DNA of 64,000 nucleotides from the human T2T-CHM13v2.0 reference genome, Homo sapiens: the NCBI RefSeq assembly GCF_009914755.1, contig NC_060930.1. One strand, given 5' to 3'. The translations under genes were made by a program, and so were the position numbers. Under the pieces are notes generated by a model that was not told the origin of the DNA, searched no databases, and worked only from the letters and a program-made list of their open reading frames with translations. This document shows positions 28,307 to 41,239 of the stretch, piece by piece. The first letter of the stretch is position 1; each line of letters starts with the position of its first letter.

Positions 28307-28619
28307 GCTAGTATAGTAAAGAGCATACTTAGGTCATTTTGAGTACTTTACTTCCACTTTAATAGTTCAGCCATGAAATAAAATATATAAATATATGAAT
28401 CATAGATAAAACAATGTAAAATAAAAAATGATAATTTTAATATTATTCATTAAAATATAAATAAATATTTTCATGGCTTTAGATTTTATGTAACATACAC
28501 CCTGATGCTGCTCTAGCAATTAATTAACAATATGACTTCATATTGTTAATTAATTTCATGCCAATAATACACAAGAGCACAGACGGCGACACTTGTATTA
28601 GACCAAAAAAAAAAAAAAG

Positions 28620-28984
28620 TCAAAAACTGCAACTTGCCTCCCGTGTTCATGTCCTTGTGTAATCTCTACCTTGAATATTGACAGGACCTGTTACTGGCTT
28701 TTAACTAATGAGAATATGCTACATAAGATTGTAACATCCATCTCGCGAGATTAAGCTCTTCTCTGCTGGCATTGAAAATGCAAGCTACCATATTATAAGC
28801 CACCATATGGGAAGGCCATGCAGCAGGAGCTGAGGGTGGCCATGTTCAGTTGACAGCATTCAGGAGCTTTCACCTCAAAGGATCTCACAGTTCCAGTCAA
28901 TATTTTTATGCAAGGAAGAGCCTAAGCAAAGGACTCAATTGATCTGTACCGGACTTCTTACCCACAGAAATTCAGAGATCATAA

Positions 28985-29036
<52 letters not shown>

Positions 29037-29084
29037 ACCACTAAATGCGTGGTAATATTTTTGTGCAGCAATAGATAAATATTA
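28620..29084 (+). mobile_element. MaLR solo LTR, MLT1E/G-like
   Basis: GTGTTCATGTCCTTGTGTAATC..CTTGAAT..GGACCTG; 3' end ACCCACAGAAA..GAGAT.ATAAATGTGTGT..CACTAA..GTGGTAAT..GCAGCAATAGATAA. Confidence 0.75.
28986..29033 (+). repeat. (TG)24 microsatellite inside the MLT1 LTR
   Basis: Read directly from sequence. Confidence 0.98.
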
Positions 29085-31319
29085 TGCCTATCTTCAAACA
29101 TTATATGACATGTTTTGCTAAATATTTTAGCTGGGTACTTATTTTTCACCATATCTACACGAAGGCTAATTTTCTTCTCTATTCTAGAGAAAATTTTCTT
29201 ATAAACGTTATGCTCAGTGCTGCCATGTTCTTTATCAATAGTATCATTATGATTTCTAATCAGCCTTCTGTATTCTCTTGTTAACTGCATACTGACAAGT
29301 GACAAGGGTGATCATCAGTGATATTTTGGTATAAAATCTAATAAACAGATTGAAAAGCATCTCTCTGGATTTCTTTAAGCAGAATATAGTCATGTAAAAA
29401 TTCTTTAGACTGTTAATGTAATCACATCTTTAGGCATGATTTGTTGCACTCTCTGGCTTTAAAATATCATTGTTAAGTAGATAAGACTATTATGGCCTTC
29501 TCTTCACAAGTGACATTTATATTATTAATAGATACATTATTATCATCTGATATCATTCAAAGTGCCTCCATTTATTTTGCAATTAGCTAATAATTGTCTA
29601 ACGATAGTTCTATTAATACTAACTACATGTTATGCCACTCAGCTGGTGTCCATCATAGATTGCCTTTGGATTCACCTATTCATTTGTAGGTCTTAAATCC
29701 TTCACAATATTTTAAGCTCTCGGAAAAGAGGGCTCAAGTCTTTTGAACCTCACAGTGCCAACTCCTACCACATATAAGTAGATATTTTACTTACATGATC
29801 ATGTGATTCGATAATTCATTACCTTCAAGAATCTTGAAGCATTTAAGGAAATAGAAAATTCACGTAGGTACAGGTGAAAGGAAGAATAAACTGCCTTAAA
29901 ATGGACAAAAGTAGAAAAAATTTCAAAAGAAAGGAGCAAAGAAAAGGTGGAAGGAAGAAAAGAAAGGAGTGAGAAATGAAAAAAGGATGATATACTGAAA
30001 AATAGAAAATGTAAGACAATGTATTTTAATAGTTTTATACAATGAAATGCTTGGTGTATTAAAATTAATGCTAAAGTAGATTAACTGTGAAGAAACTGCT
30101 TTACTGGATAATTACTATGACAGATCCGATATAAAGTAATTTTATAATTATATGTTTAATAATTTTAAAGATCACACTCTGTTATTTGATAATTATTAAT
30201 ATATCTCTTCTAAACTGTAATGGTTATATGAGCAAAGAGGAAGTGAGAAGAGCAGGAGAACTTTTAATACTTAGGATAATCTTTGAGTAGTCCCTTCACT
30301 AAGTACATTTAATTACCTCCATTAAGCATACCTACTGCTTGATTACTAGAGCAGATTATTTTTTCCAACTGAAATATTAAAAAAATGGACATGAGTCTCA
30401 GATTTTCAGTCAGGATATGTAATTATACTGATAGGAAGGGTAAAGGTGATTTATTTTCATATTTAAATTAGACAAGCCACTCAACCAAAATTAATAGTTA
30501 ATAAGGAATTCAACCAGGTCACATTATCAAAAAGTACAATATTAGTTTTTTATATTATTTAAAAACAGGAAAAATTAAAATGCCATAAGTTAATTGACAA
30601 ATGGGTTTAGAAAGGAAAATAAGCTCATATAATACATCTTGAAATGTGGACAATGGAACACAGGCATGCTACATTTCCCAAGTATTTAAGTTATTACACA
30701 TAAGCAAATGCACTCAGGAATTTTACATCATTTTGAATCTTCAGAATTACAGAAGGGTAGCATGCCTTTGTAGAGAAGGGTGGTTTTTATTTCAGGTAAC
30801 ATTCTATCAGCATTACCACTGACAGGTTAGTATTGCCTGCACTTTATCTAGATTAAGCCTTAACATAACTCTTTCATCAAAGCTACTACACTGACATGTA
30901 GGTGACTGATTCTAATGGAATTAGATGAAAAGAAGACAAAGAAAGGGCTGTCGTGCCCACACCAAGAGCTTTGCCACCCAACATGTACCATTATTTCCTT
31001 TAAAGCTTTCAAATTTGACTTTGAACAGGTTTCACCAAATACAACACTGAAGCAATTGCTATTACTGATCATGCCAGAGGGATTAGTAGAATTTTCTCCT
31101 GAATTATTTCTTTCCAAAGGGGGAGTTTGTAGATTAAATGAGTCTTGGAAACGTTTGCTGAAATGTATAGATTCATTTTATGACTAGCTTTCTAGTCACT
31201 GTCTTGTGGGTTATTAACCCTATAAAATGAATATTTTGATTAACTGTCCTCATTTTTAAAACATTTGACATGAATTGTTCTTGGAAATTTTAGTGACAGC
31301 ACTCAATATGATTTCCTCA

Positions 31320-32720
31320 GTTATTTATTCAACAGAAAGTTGTCTATTATGTAAAAAGCATTGCAGTGTAGATAAAAATTAAGCAAGTCAAAGCATTGAC
31401 TAAGTAATTACATTGTGTTTGGAGACATGTTAGCAGTTTGACTCTGCTAAAGCTTTGGCTGAATATGTCCAAAGGCAGGAAATGCCACTAGAAAGTTTCC
31501 AGATTATAAAGATCCTTGCATAACATGCCAAGGCATTTAATAAACAGTGAGAATACCTTTATATATTTTTAACAGAAGAGTAACAAGGAAGATCTGTATT
31601 TCAGAAAATCAGCCAAGCTTCAGTCTGTAGATTTTAATTGCTTTAACTTTTAACTTCTTTTCAAAGAGAATTAACACAAGCTAAGTTGGTGACAGCAGCA
31701 ATGGTGAAGGGAGGAAGGAGAGATAATAGAAATAGTCAAGAAATATAATTAATGAGACCTAGTGCCTAATTAGATTTGATTGCATAAGAGGAGGAGAAAG
31801 TAAAAATAGTAATAAGACTGCTTCAGAGACTCCCTTGGAATTATAGTGTATTCCAGCAACAATTAAATCCTAAAAAGACCCAGAGTACTTTTCATTCAAT
31901 TCCTATGCTGTCCAATTTCTGGGACTGACAGCTGTCAAAATTTTGGCTCCTTTAACCATATCCCGTATTCTTGTAGTCTTAGATCTTTGGCCCAGATATA
32001 TGACTATAAATTATATATCCTCTCATATTGTTCCTGTTCCCATATTTTCTGGACTTCCTCTTTCCAAGTCCAACTTCCTTCAGTTCCCTTTCCTCCTAAA
32101 ATTTCCCACTGTGCTCTCTCAGAACTATATTCCTCAGTTAACAAATTTGACCATATAATCATTGCTGAATATTTCAATTAAATTTTGGCTGTTCCTGAGA
32201 ACAAATTATCTTACTGCTACCCTCTCAATTTAAGGGAAATTTCCTCCACATTCCTCAGTCATTAGGACTGTGACATGAGGATGGCATTCCACATACTCTA
32301 CTCATAATTATCCAGACCATTTCCCTCTGATATTATCCAAAATACCCTTGCTCTTTGGTACTTAAACTTAGTCACACACACCTTTTTATTCCTTTCTACA
32401 TCATCTACCAACATCTTCATCAGTCTTTCCCTGGCCTCCCATTCTTTGCTTCTGCTTCTCAGTTTCTCATCAAAGATAATGGAAAAATCTACTTGGATTA
32501 TCCCTCTGACAAATTGGCATCCCAGTCCCTTAACTTAAACTCTAGTGACATTTTCATCTATTCTATTTTAGCCACTCAATTCTAAAACAAAAAATAATGA
32601 CCTTATTCTTCTCTAGAACTGCTCAACCTCTACAAACTCCTACATCTGTTATTTGACTCAGTTCTCAATTTTCTTAGCAAGTTACTCTTTTAAGTGTTTT
32701 GACTTCATTGACTCCTTAAA
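31320..32720. mobile_element. Highly diverged LINE-2 fragments
   Basis: TTATTTATTCAACA..TCTATTATGT..GCATTG (antisense L2 end) and purine-rich body, then pyrimidine-rich L2-like sequence. Low resolution. Confidence 0.45.
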
Positions 32721-35700
32721 ATATCTCCATTAGAGTGTCGATTTCTTAGTTTTTCTTTAATAGCACCTATTCTATTGAAATATTTTCTATTATGGGTTTA
32801 AATGATCTTGGGAAATGTTAACTCAACTAATAGGCCTCTGTGATTACGTAATCTACACCACTATTAAAATAATTATAACAACTTGGATCATACAATGTCT
32901 TGATGTAAATGATACATTAGGTCATGTTATGGAAATGTTTACTAGCCATTGAATATTTTAATCTTATTTAGAATCTCTAATCAAATCTATAGAGTTTAAT
33001 TATTTCCCAGATTTTTCTATTTCTATACTTACCTACCACTGACATTATTCTTATCTCTGAATTTTAACCTAAGTTATTTGACAAGGTAGTTAATTATTGC
33101 CTACTCAGTCATAGAAATCAAAATTCAAACATAAAAAGATATTTGTTGTAAGTTTTACTGTTCTTGAGATCAGAGAAGCTATTACAATTAATAGCATAAA
33201 AATTACTAGAAAAGTAGAATTTTTAGATAAAAGAAAAATTTAGTTCTCTAAACTAGTCTGGGTTAGAAAAATGCATGAAAATTATATAGTCATGTAATTT
33301 CTTAAAATATTATATCTATTTTGAGCAAAATATCTGAAAGTTTTCTTTAAGAATTCCTTTTTGTTTCTATTATAAATTATTTAGGAAAAGGTTATATTTT
33401 TATGACAGGTTTTTTCCCCCCATATTATAACTTTAACATGTTTTCTTTGATATAAAAATATAAATCAAGTACCATTATATTTATATGTCATTAAGGTACT
33501 GTTCTTGAGCCTATATCATGTATAGCGTATTGTGCATTATTTTTTCTGGCAACCATAATCTAGAAATGGGCTATAGAATGAAATTCATTAATGCTATGTT
33601 ATACTAGAAGGCACAGAACATAAAGTAAATAAATCTTTTGTAATATCATACCAACCTTATAAATTGCTTTAAGGGAATAACAATCTATAGGGGTGGTAGA
33701 TGATTTTCTAATCAGATATTACACAATATACATCAAATATTCTCATTCTGTAGTATTTAAAATAAGCAGTTGTCTACAACATACAATCACCAGTCACAAT
33801 AAACTATTCATGCTTTTGTAGACCCCCAATTTGATAACTGCATAAAACAACCAAATATTTTAGAAGAAGAAATATTATAAGGAATGTATATCCAAGCTTC
33901 TGTGGTTCGACCAGGAGCTATTGCCTGAACTACACCTCCTTAGTTGGACTGAACAATTATGGAATGTGTCAAAATAGGCCTAATAATTTATCTCAAAAAT
34001 TAATTAATAATCAATGATAAAGCTAAAGAGTTTTAAAATTAATGCCCAGTAACATTCTTTTACAATGTGAAACAAATGTAATTCTTATGTCATAGTCATA
34101 TTCTTAGATGCCATGTCTTGGCTCACTAGTGTTTTAGGCCCTTTGCAAAGAAATATGTTTGTGTTGATAACAGAAAGTCAACATTTGTAGATAATTTCCT
34201 TTTTAAAATTAGTTGACTAAACTTGTCTTAGTTTAGTTCAAATATGCTTTATTTGGTGGCAGAGAAAAAGGACAGGGTTTAAAAACAAGGAAATTATTCA
34301 TAACCTGGGTATCTCTAAATGAAAGTATTGTAATTTCAAAGACATATGTTTCAAAATTTTATTCCAGTTAAAATAAAACTGTATTATGGTAAGTCCTATT
34401 TAAAATTGTAATTTTATTTCAGCACAAAAGATATACACCCATAGATAATGCAACACTTTCTGCCTTTATGAATTTGCACTGCGGAATCATTTCTAATAGA
34501 AACAATTCCAAACTATTCCAAAAATGCAAGTTCTATGAAGCATTCTGAGTCCCAACCAAGCATGCAACCAACAAACTTTTAGCATTGCACTGAGAGGGTT
34601 TTTTTAAATATTGCTATTTTTTTGTTTGTATTTTTAATAGTGAGAACATGCCACAATATTCCTGGAAAAATTCTGAGCTTCCCTTCTTATCTTGCTCTTT
34701 TGGGATCTGTCTTTTATGTTGGAAATCTGTCTAAAACAACACATAATTTTTGCCCCTCTATTCAAGTTTAAGTATAACAGATTAAGAAGCCAATTGGAAG
34801 AACTCTACATCTGGGCACAATGCATTAATTATTGAGATCCATTATAGATAGCTTGTATAGCCAATATTCTTATTACATGTGAACTTCTACTGGCCAACTC
34901 TGTAGACCCCTTCTGGTTCTATCATCCAGTGACCTGGCAGTGGGCATTCTAAACGTTAATGTAGAAAGAGTGCTCTAGGTATGTCATACTACCTAATACT
35001 TCCGTTTTATCTCCTTTGTGTTTGCATTTAATAGGCCAATGACATTTTGGCTTAATTTTTGTATCTATTGTCTTTTATATGGGTCAGGGAGGGACATCTT
35101 TTAGACTGTACAAAGTCAGGAGGCCCACAGAATTTAAATGTTTTTTTGAGCACACGTTCAAAATAGCTCTTCGTTTTCAGTTACCAGTAACCTCTATCAA
35201 TTACCAAGCTTTTCCTGAGTTTTCCCAGATAAGTCAAATTACTTCCCATTAATATCTACTTCCGTAGGTTCTTAATTCTGACCTCTCTCAGCACTGCTAA
35301 GTCACTTAACAACTCTCCATCTACTCTATACTCACTCATATTAAGTTTTGGTATTGTAGATATCCTGGTTTTGTCAAAGACAGAATTGTGTTTCTTTTCC
35401 TTACTTTGTAGCTTTGAAAGAAAAAATGGTGTAAATGTCATTACTCCACTATCATGAAATTTGAAACAATTAGAAATAACAGTTGGAGAGAGAGAAGAGA
35501 GGGATGTAAGTGTCATTACTGCATAATTTTGAAATGAACAATTAGAAATGAGAGTAACGAAGAGTCAAAGTTTTAACTTCAAGGTGATTGATGGGACATG
35601 GGAAATGAGTTACAATGGGACGTCTAGAATATTTCCCACCACTGTTAATATTTCTGCCACAATTTGATTTTTTGTGCCAAAATTTTTCTCATATTTGTTG

Positions 35701-36169
35701 CTCTATATGTTTTTAAAAATCAGTACAGCGTTTTTTTTGTTTGTTTTCTTTTGTTTTTTAACCTCAGCATTTATGAAAGCTAACTATGGTCTACTGGATG
35801 TAAAATTTGGAGAGCTGGGTTTGAGTTCCAAGGTTGTTATTCTCTGGTCATGTAACTTTCAGTTTTTAACTTTTCCTTTCTTTATCTCAGTTCCAGATTA
35901 CTGGTATAGGAAATGTATTAGAGAGACATTTTTAAATGTCCTCTCTAAAATAGTGACTGTTTTGAATACTTTGCATATTGTTTTTAATTCTTCATGAAAC
36001 CTTTAATGTAACTGCTATATTCTATTGGTTTTGACCAAATTATCTGAGACATAACTTACCCAAGGCCATAAAGCTATACAATTATAGATGAATATACTGA
36101 TAACCTTCAAATTTTCAAAGTTGGGGGCACTTATCTTTTGTTTGACTACTTGGCATTGTTGGCAACCAC

Positions 36170-37170
36170 CCCATTGAATTTTATGGCCCTAATTCTTGGC
36201 CATTTCTTCTCCACACTTTTTGTAGATGTCTCTGATGTTTATCCTTATATTTCAATATTTTCCAAGCTCTTTACTCAGCCTTTCGTTCATCCCACGTTAA
36301 AGATGGCATTTGAATAAATTTTTTATTTTCCCTTAAAAATTATATTTCCTTAAAAATTCTAGCCAAGAATTCTCTGATATGCACAAGATTTGTATATGTA
36401 AATTCCATATACCTGTGGATATCACGAGAAATTCAAACCAAATGTCTCTATAATTATATTTATTATATTTTCCCCCAAAACTACCTATCCTGTTCCTGGT
36501 TCCCAATTTACTATTTACTGACATCTGAGGCCTCAATTTTTGGTCTCATTCATCTATTTATATTCTTATATCTCCCTACCTTCTATCTCTTCTCATCTAC
36601 ACTCTTTTTCTACATCTACACTGATTTTTCTAAGCCACAAAGTTTTCATGGTATAACCTACTTAAAATCTATGTCTTGACACAAATTTTGGTGTATATTT
36701 TATACTCTTTAGATTATCATGTAAGTCTTTTCATTTTATCTTCAGTAAGCAATAAGGAGTTGGCTACTGCTTAACTTTCTGGTCACTTCCTATGATTCCC
36801 CCAGTATACTTGTTAATCTGTCTAAAGATATTGTTTTACTGTCTAAATGTTTCCTGATCCATTTTTCTGCCAGCATGTAAGTTTCTTTCTATGTGATATT
36901 GCTATTATTCATCTTTTAAAATTCAGCTCAAATGTCATCCATTTCAGGAAGATTTCCCTTAAATCTCCTCTCTACTTTCCATGGCTCTTTTTTGATATTC
37001 CCATAGGATAATGTACAAGCCTCTCTCAGAGCATGAGCCTGAATTTATTGCAAAATTATGCATTTTTGCCTTGCCCATTTCCTCCAATTTTATTTATAGA
37101 ATCTTCAATGCTATGTTTATAGATTCACTTATAGTCTCAGAATAATTCTTATCATATAATAAACATACAG
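36170..37170 (+). mobile_element. LINE-2 3' remnant
   Basis: TTCAAACCAAATGTCTCTA.., CAGCTCAAATGTCA.C..TTCAGGAAG.TTTCCCT and other motifs of the L2 3' region. Confidence 0.55.
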
Positions 37171-37699
37171 TAAGAAAATTTCAAAGAAAGAAAAACAAAA
37201 GGAAAGATAAAGCATTTGATTCATTGTCTTTCTATTACCAAATTCTAAATTGTTTCCCCTTCACAATGCTGCCTTACTTATCTCAAAGAGATGTTCTGAC
37301 ACTGACAAAATTTATGTGAAAGCATTTTACAAATACAGAACTATATTCATTTACAAACAACTAATAAGAATATGTATTGTGAAGCAATATGTAGTAACAG
37401 AAAAACTTGAAATACTTGGAAGTAAAAGAATAGAGATCAAATCTCAGTATCCTTTATTTATGCCTGAGTATACTTGCCAACAAAATTAGGTCAAACATTC
37501 TAAAATCCAGATGGTTTCTGTATAAATTGAAATATTTTTAGTTTCCCCGCCTCCTCACATGGTCCATAACCTCAAGTAATCTATGTGAAAATTTGGTTAA
37601 ATAGCAAAGCATTCTACAAATATAAGGTCTTACTTATGGTTAACTATTAAACATCTGAAACAGGCAAACCATTGCAAGGAATACACAGTTACAGAAAAA

Positions 37700-37902
37700 A
37701 GTAGTGTGTTTTAATGGAAAGAGCATGGACTTTGGAGTCTGGCAAACTAAATTCTACTTCAGCCAGTTACCAAGTGTATTTGACTACAACACTTGGTCTT
37801 TAATCTCAGTTTCTCCATGTATAAATGGAGATAACACCAGTTCTGTCCATTTCTCAGGATTCTATGAGACAAGTGACATAATCCATGGGTCAGCTTTTGA
37901 AA
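37700..37902 (+). mobile_element. MIR SINE
   Basis: TGGAAAGAGCATGGACTTTGGAGTCTGGCA...TCTCAGTTTCTCCATGTATAAATGGAGATAA MIR core. Confidence 0.8.
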
Positions 37903-38526
37903 GCAATGATTCTGAATGCAGATAAAATAAAATATTGTTATTTTCTTGAGCTTGAAATACAAGAAATAATTAGAATGCGTGAGATAGAGAGGAAAATCCT
38001 CGGTAACACTACCTGACAATGAGCAGTTCTAAGTTTTTATTTTATTTTGGGAAGGTAATTCTCAATTCACATCAGTCATCAGCTTTAGGCCTGTGACTGT
38101 AAGTCTACATTTTGATATTTTAATATTAGACACATATAGTACATTACATACAACAAAAAGAATATAATGTTATAAATTTCCATTTTTCAATTAACTAATT
38201 CTGATTACCACTTTATGGCTATTTTATTTTATTTTATTTTTTTGGCTACTTTAAAACTATTACATAAATATATTTCCATGTCCTGATAGTTTTTCTTATA
38301 TTATTAAGAAAAACAGTCCTGATAATCCTGATAATTTTTCTTATATTATTCTCATTGGTGTTTAGGTGCTCTGTGCCCTAAAACTAAAAATTAAAATGAG
38401 ACATTTCTTTTTGAGGACAAGCCAGGACTTGAAAATGTTTTGTTTTGTGACAATCTCCATCATCCTTGGCCTATCCAGTGAAAATCACACGTGACTTCTC
38501 TTGTCACTGCAACAAGGCCTCCTGTT

Positions 38527-38531
<5 letters not shown>

Positions 38532-38557
<26 letters not shown>
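38532..38557 (+). repeat. (TG)13 microsatellite
   Basis: Read directly from sequence. Confidence 0.97.
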
Positions 38558-38558
<1 letters not shown>

Positions 38559-39255
38559 CTGTGTGTTCCCAACCAAACACATATTTTTCATGCTCTTGTT
38601 TTTTTCCAAAATACATTCATGTTATCAGAAATCTAATCCCTTCAGTACTAAATTGCCAAAATTTAGGGGTCAGGAGTCTGTGTCACTGCAGAAATAATTT
38701 GTGGTTCTAAAGTTCTCATAGCCATGTCCCAAATCTGATTTTCAAAATCTCTTTATGCACCTCTTGAGTTCTCCATTATTTTAGAGCTTTTTCAAATGTT
38801 TATTTACTTTTTAGGTAACTTTAACTACTTTTATTCTCTCCTATGTATTTTAAAATTCATTTTCATAACAGATACAAAACTTTAGTTTTGAAAACACAGT
38901 TCGTAAGGTTTAAGAAAATTTCCATCCAACATAACATGTTGTAACTATAAAAGAGAGTTAAAATAGAGCTGAATTACCATTTTTTCAAAGATTAAAGACT
39001 CTAGAATGAAATTAAACACTGCATTAAAATTGTCCATATGTTTCTTACATGAAATATGTTAAAATTTAATTTTCTTGTTTTACAATTCTAAAATTGGAAA
39101 TGTCTTTGTCACTCTTAAAGAAGGACATTCTGGGCCAGTGTACTAGATCAATGGTGAGGGGACGAGCGGGTGGGTAAAGAAGTGAGTGTAAAAGGCATGT
39201 CTTTATTGACAAAGAAGGATTGCCAATATAGTTATTCTACTTCAGGTATGTAGAG

Positions 39256-39580
39256 CAAGGATAAAGCATATGGGCCAAAGCTCATCCGATTCCTGCTTTT
39301 ATATTATCCATGAATTAAAAATTATTTTTACATTTTTTTAACTATTGAAGAAAAATTGAAAAGTAGAATAATATTTCTGACACATGAAAGCTATATAAAG
39401 TTCAAATGACATGGTCCACAAATTTTCATTGAAACCCAGCCAGGCTCATTTGTTTATGCATTGTCCATGACAGTTTTCACACTATAATGGCAAATTTGAA
39501 TAGTTGTGGTAGATACCAGATGGCTCCAAAGCTTAAGGTATCAATTAGCTGGCACTCTGCACAAGTTTGCCTGGTTCTTA
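39256..39580. mobile_element. MER58B-like hAT-Charlie DNA transposon
   Basis: TGGGCCAAA..TTTTTACATTTTTT..AGAATAATATTTC.GACACATGAAA..CAGCCAGGCTCATTTGTTTA..ATTGTC.ATG..AAGTTTGCC. Confidence 0.8.
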
Positions 39581-40250
39581 TCAGATGCATCCCTGAGACT
39601 AAAACAAGTGTTTTCTCCATTTCCCCATATTATTATAATACAGACAGCAGCCCCTCCTGACTCTAGCTTAATCATACATGAGCAGATAACTGAGGAAAAA
39701 TGAATATTACAATATTAACTGAAATAATTGTGAGTTGTTTTTAAAAAAGATTCTCAGGGGAAAAAGTATACATTTATACATTTGTAAACTGCATATTTGC
39801 AAGACTACAATCATTTAAATATGTTAACTTTGTTTTATGGCTTGGAGTATGATATATTTCGGCAAATGTTCACATGCACTTGGAAATCATGCGTATGTTA
39901 TATAAATTAATTTAGGTCAAGTTATTTAAATGTGTTGTTCCGGCCTTCTGTATTTTTAATGATTTTCAGGTCTATTGATCTATTGATTGCTAAGAGAAGA
40001 CTGCTTAATTCTACGATTATACTTTTACTGCATTTGTTATTTTTTTCCTTTCAGTTTCATTACTGTACACTTTCCTTTTCTTACTATATGCTTTCCATTT
40101 TCTCTGCTTCTTTTTTTATCACCTCTCTTGACTTCTGATTTATGAAATATTGTTTTATCATTACACATTTATGTGAATGTAGACAGATCTAGATCTATCT
40201 ATCTTTATTATCTTGAAACATATATACTATTTACACTGTTTTAGAAAATC

Positions 40251-40687
40251 TGTATTAGATCTCTAGGGCTGTCATAACAAAACATTACAAACTGGGTGGC
40301 TAAGCAACAGAAATCAATTGCCTCATAGTTCCAGAGACCAAGGTGCCAGCGATGTTGGTTACTTCGGAGTGCTGTGAAAAAGAGTCGGTTTCACGGTTCT
40401 CCTAGCTTCTGGTGATTTGCTGGCAATATTCATCACTCATTGAATTCTCGATGTACAACCCCAGTCTCTGCCTTCATCTTCATAATGTGTTCTGTCTTGT
40501 GTGCTTGTATCTGTGTTCCCCTTCTTATAAGGACACCACTCATTTCAATTAGGGGCCACCATAATGATCTCATTTTAACTTAATTAGTGCTATGAAGATT
40601 GTGCTTCCAAATAAGGCCAAATTCTTAGGCAATGGGGTTTAGGAATTGAACATATAACTTTAGGGGTACACGGTTAAACCTATAACA
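40251..40687 (-). mobile_element. MaLR solo LTR, MLT1C-like
   Basis: TGTATTAG..TAGGGCTGTCATAACAAA..ACAAACTGGGTGGCT..CCTAGCTTCTGGTG..TGCTGGCAAT..TTATAAGGACACCA..AACCTATAACA. Confidence 0.85.
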
Positions 40688-41239
40688 GTAGCTATCCTAG
40701 TATACACAAAACAAAATGCTTGGCAAATAAATTCTAACATTAATTGGTACTTTTTTTTTCTAACACAGTTCATGCAAGTATGTCAAAATACCATAACTCC
40801 ATTAAGCTAACTCTTGACAAATGATGTTTTTGTAAATGTTTATCTATATTTTAAATCTCACAGGGGTTATTTTTTATCCCTTAGCTTTGCATATATTTAA
40901 GTTTTCTTTGTTTTTTTTTTTTAATTTATTTGCACATCTTCAAGCTTTCATCTCAAATTATCTCCTGTTTGCTCAAACAATATACTTTAAATTTTATTTT
41001 AGAGTGTGTCTACTTGTAATAAATTCAGAAAATATATCATATGGTTATCCTTGAAAGATATTTTTCTTAAAACAGAATCCTATTTTTCAGAAATCTTCTG
41101 TGACATATTCAAAATATTTTATCATCTTATGAATTCCATTTCTTCATATGAAAAATTAGTTGCATTTCTTACTTTTATTCATTAACAGTTCACTTTTTCT
41201 CTTTTTACCCTTTGGCTTCTTGTGAGATTTTATTTCCAA

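Noticed and set aside
30860-31187. Overlapping 85-aa and 90-aa ORFs on opposite strands in unique sequence
   Set aside because: No recognisable domain or splice context; the lengths are within chance expectation.
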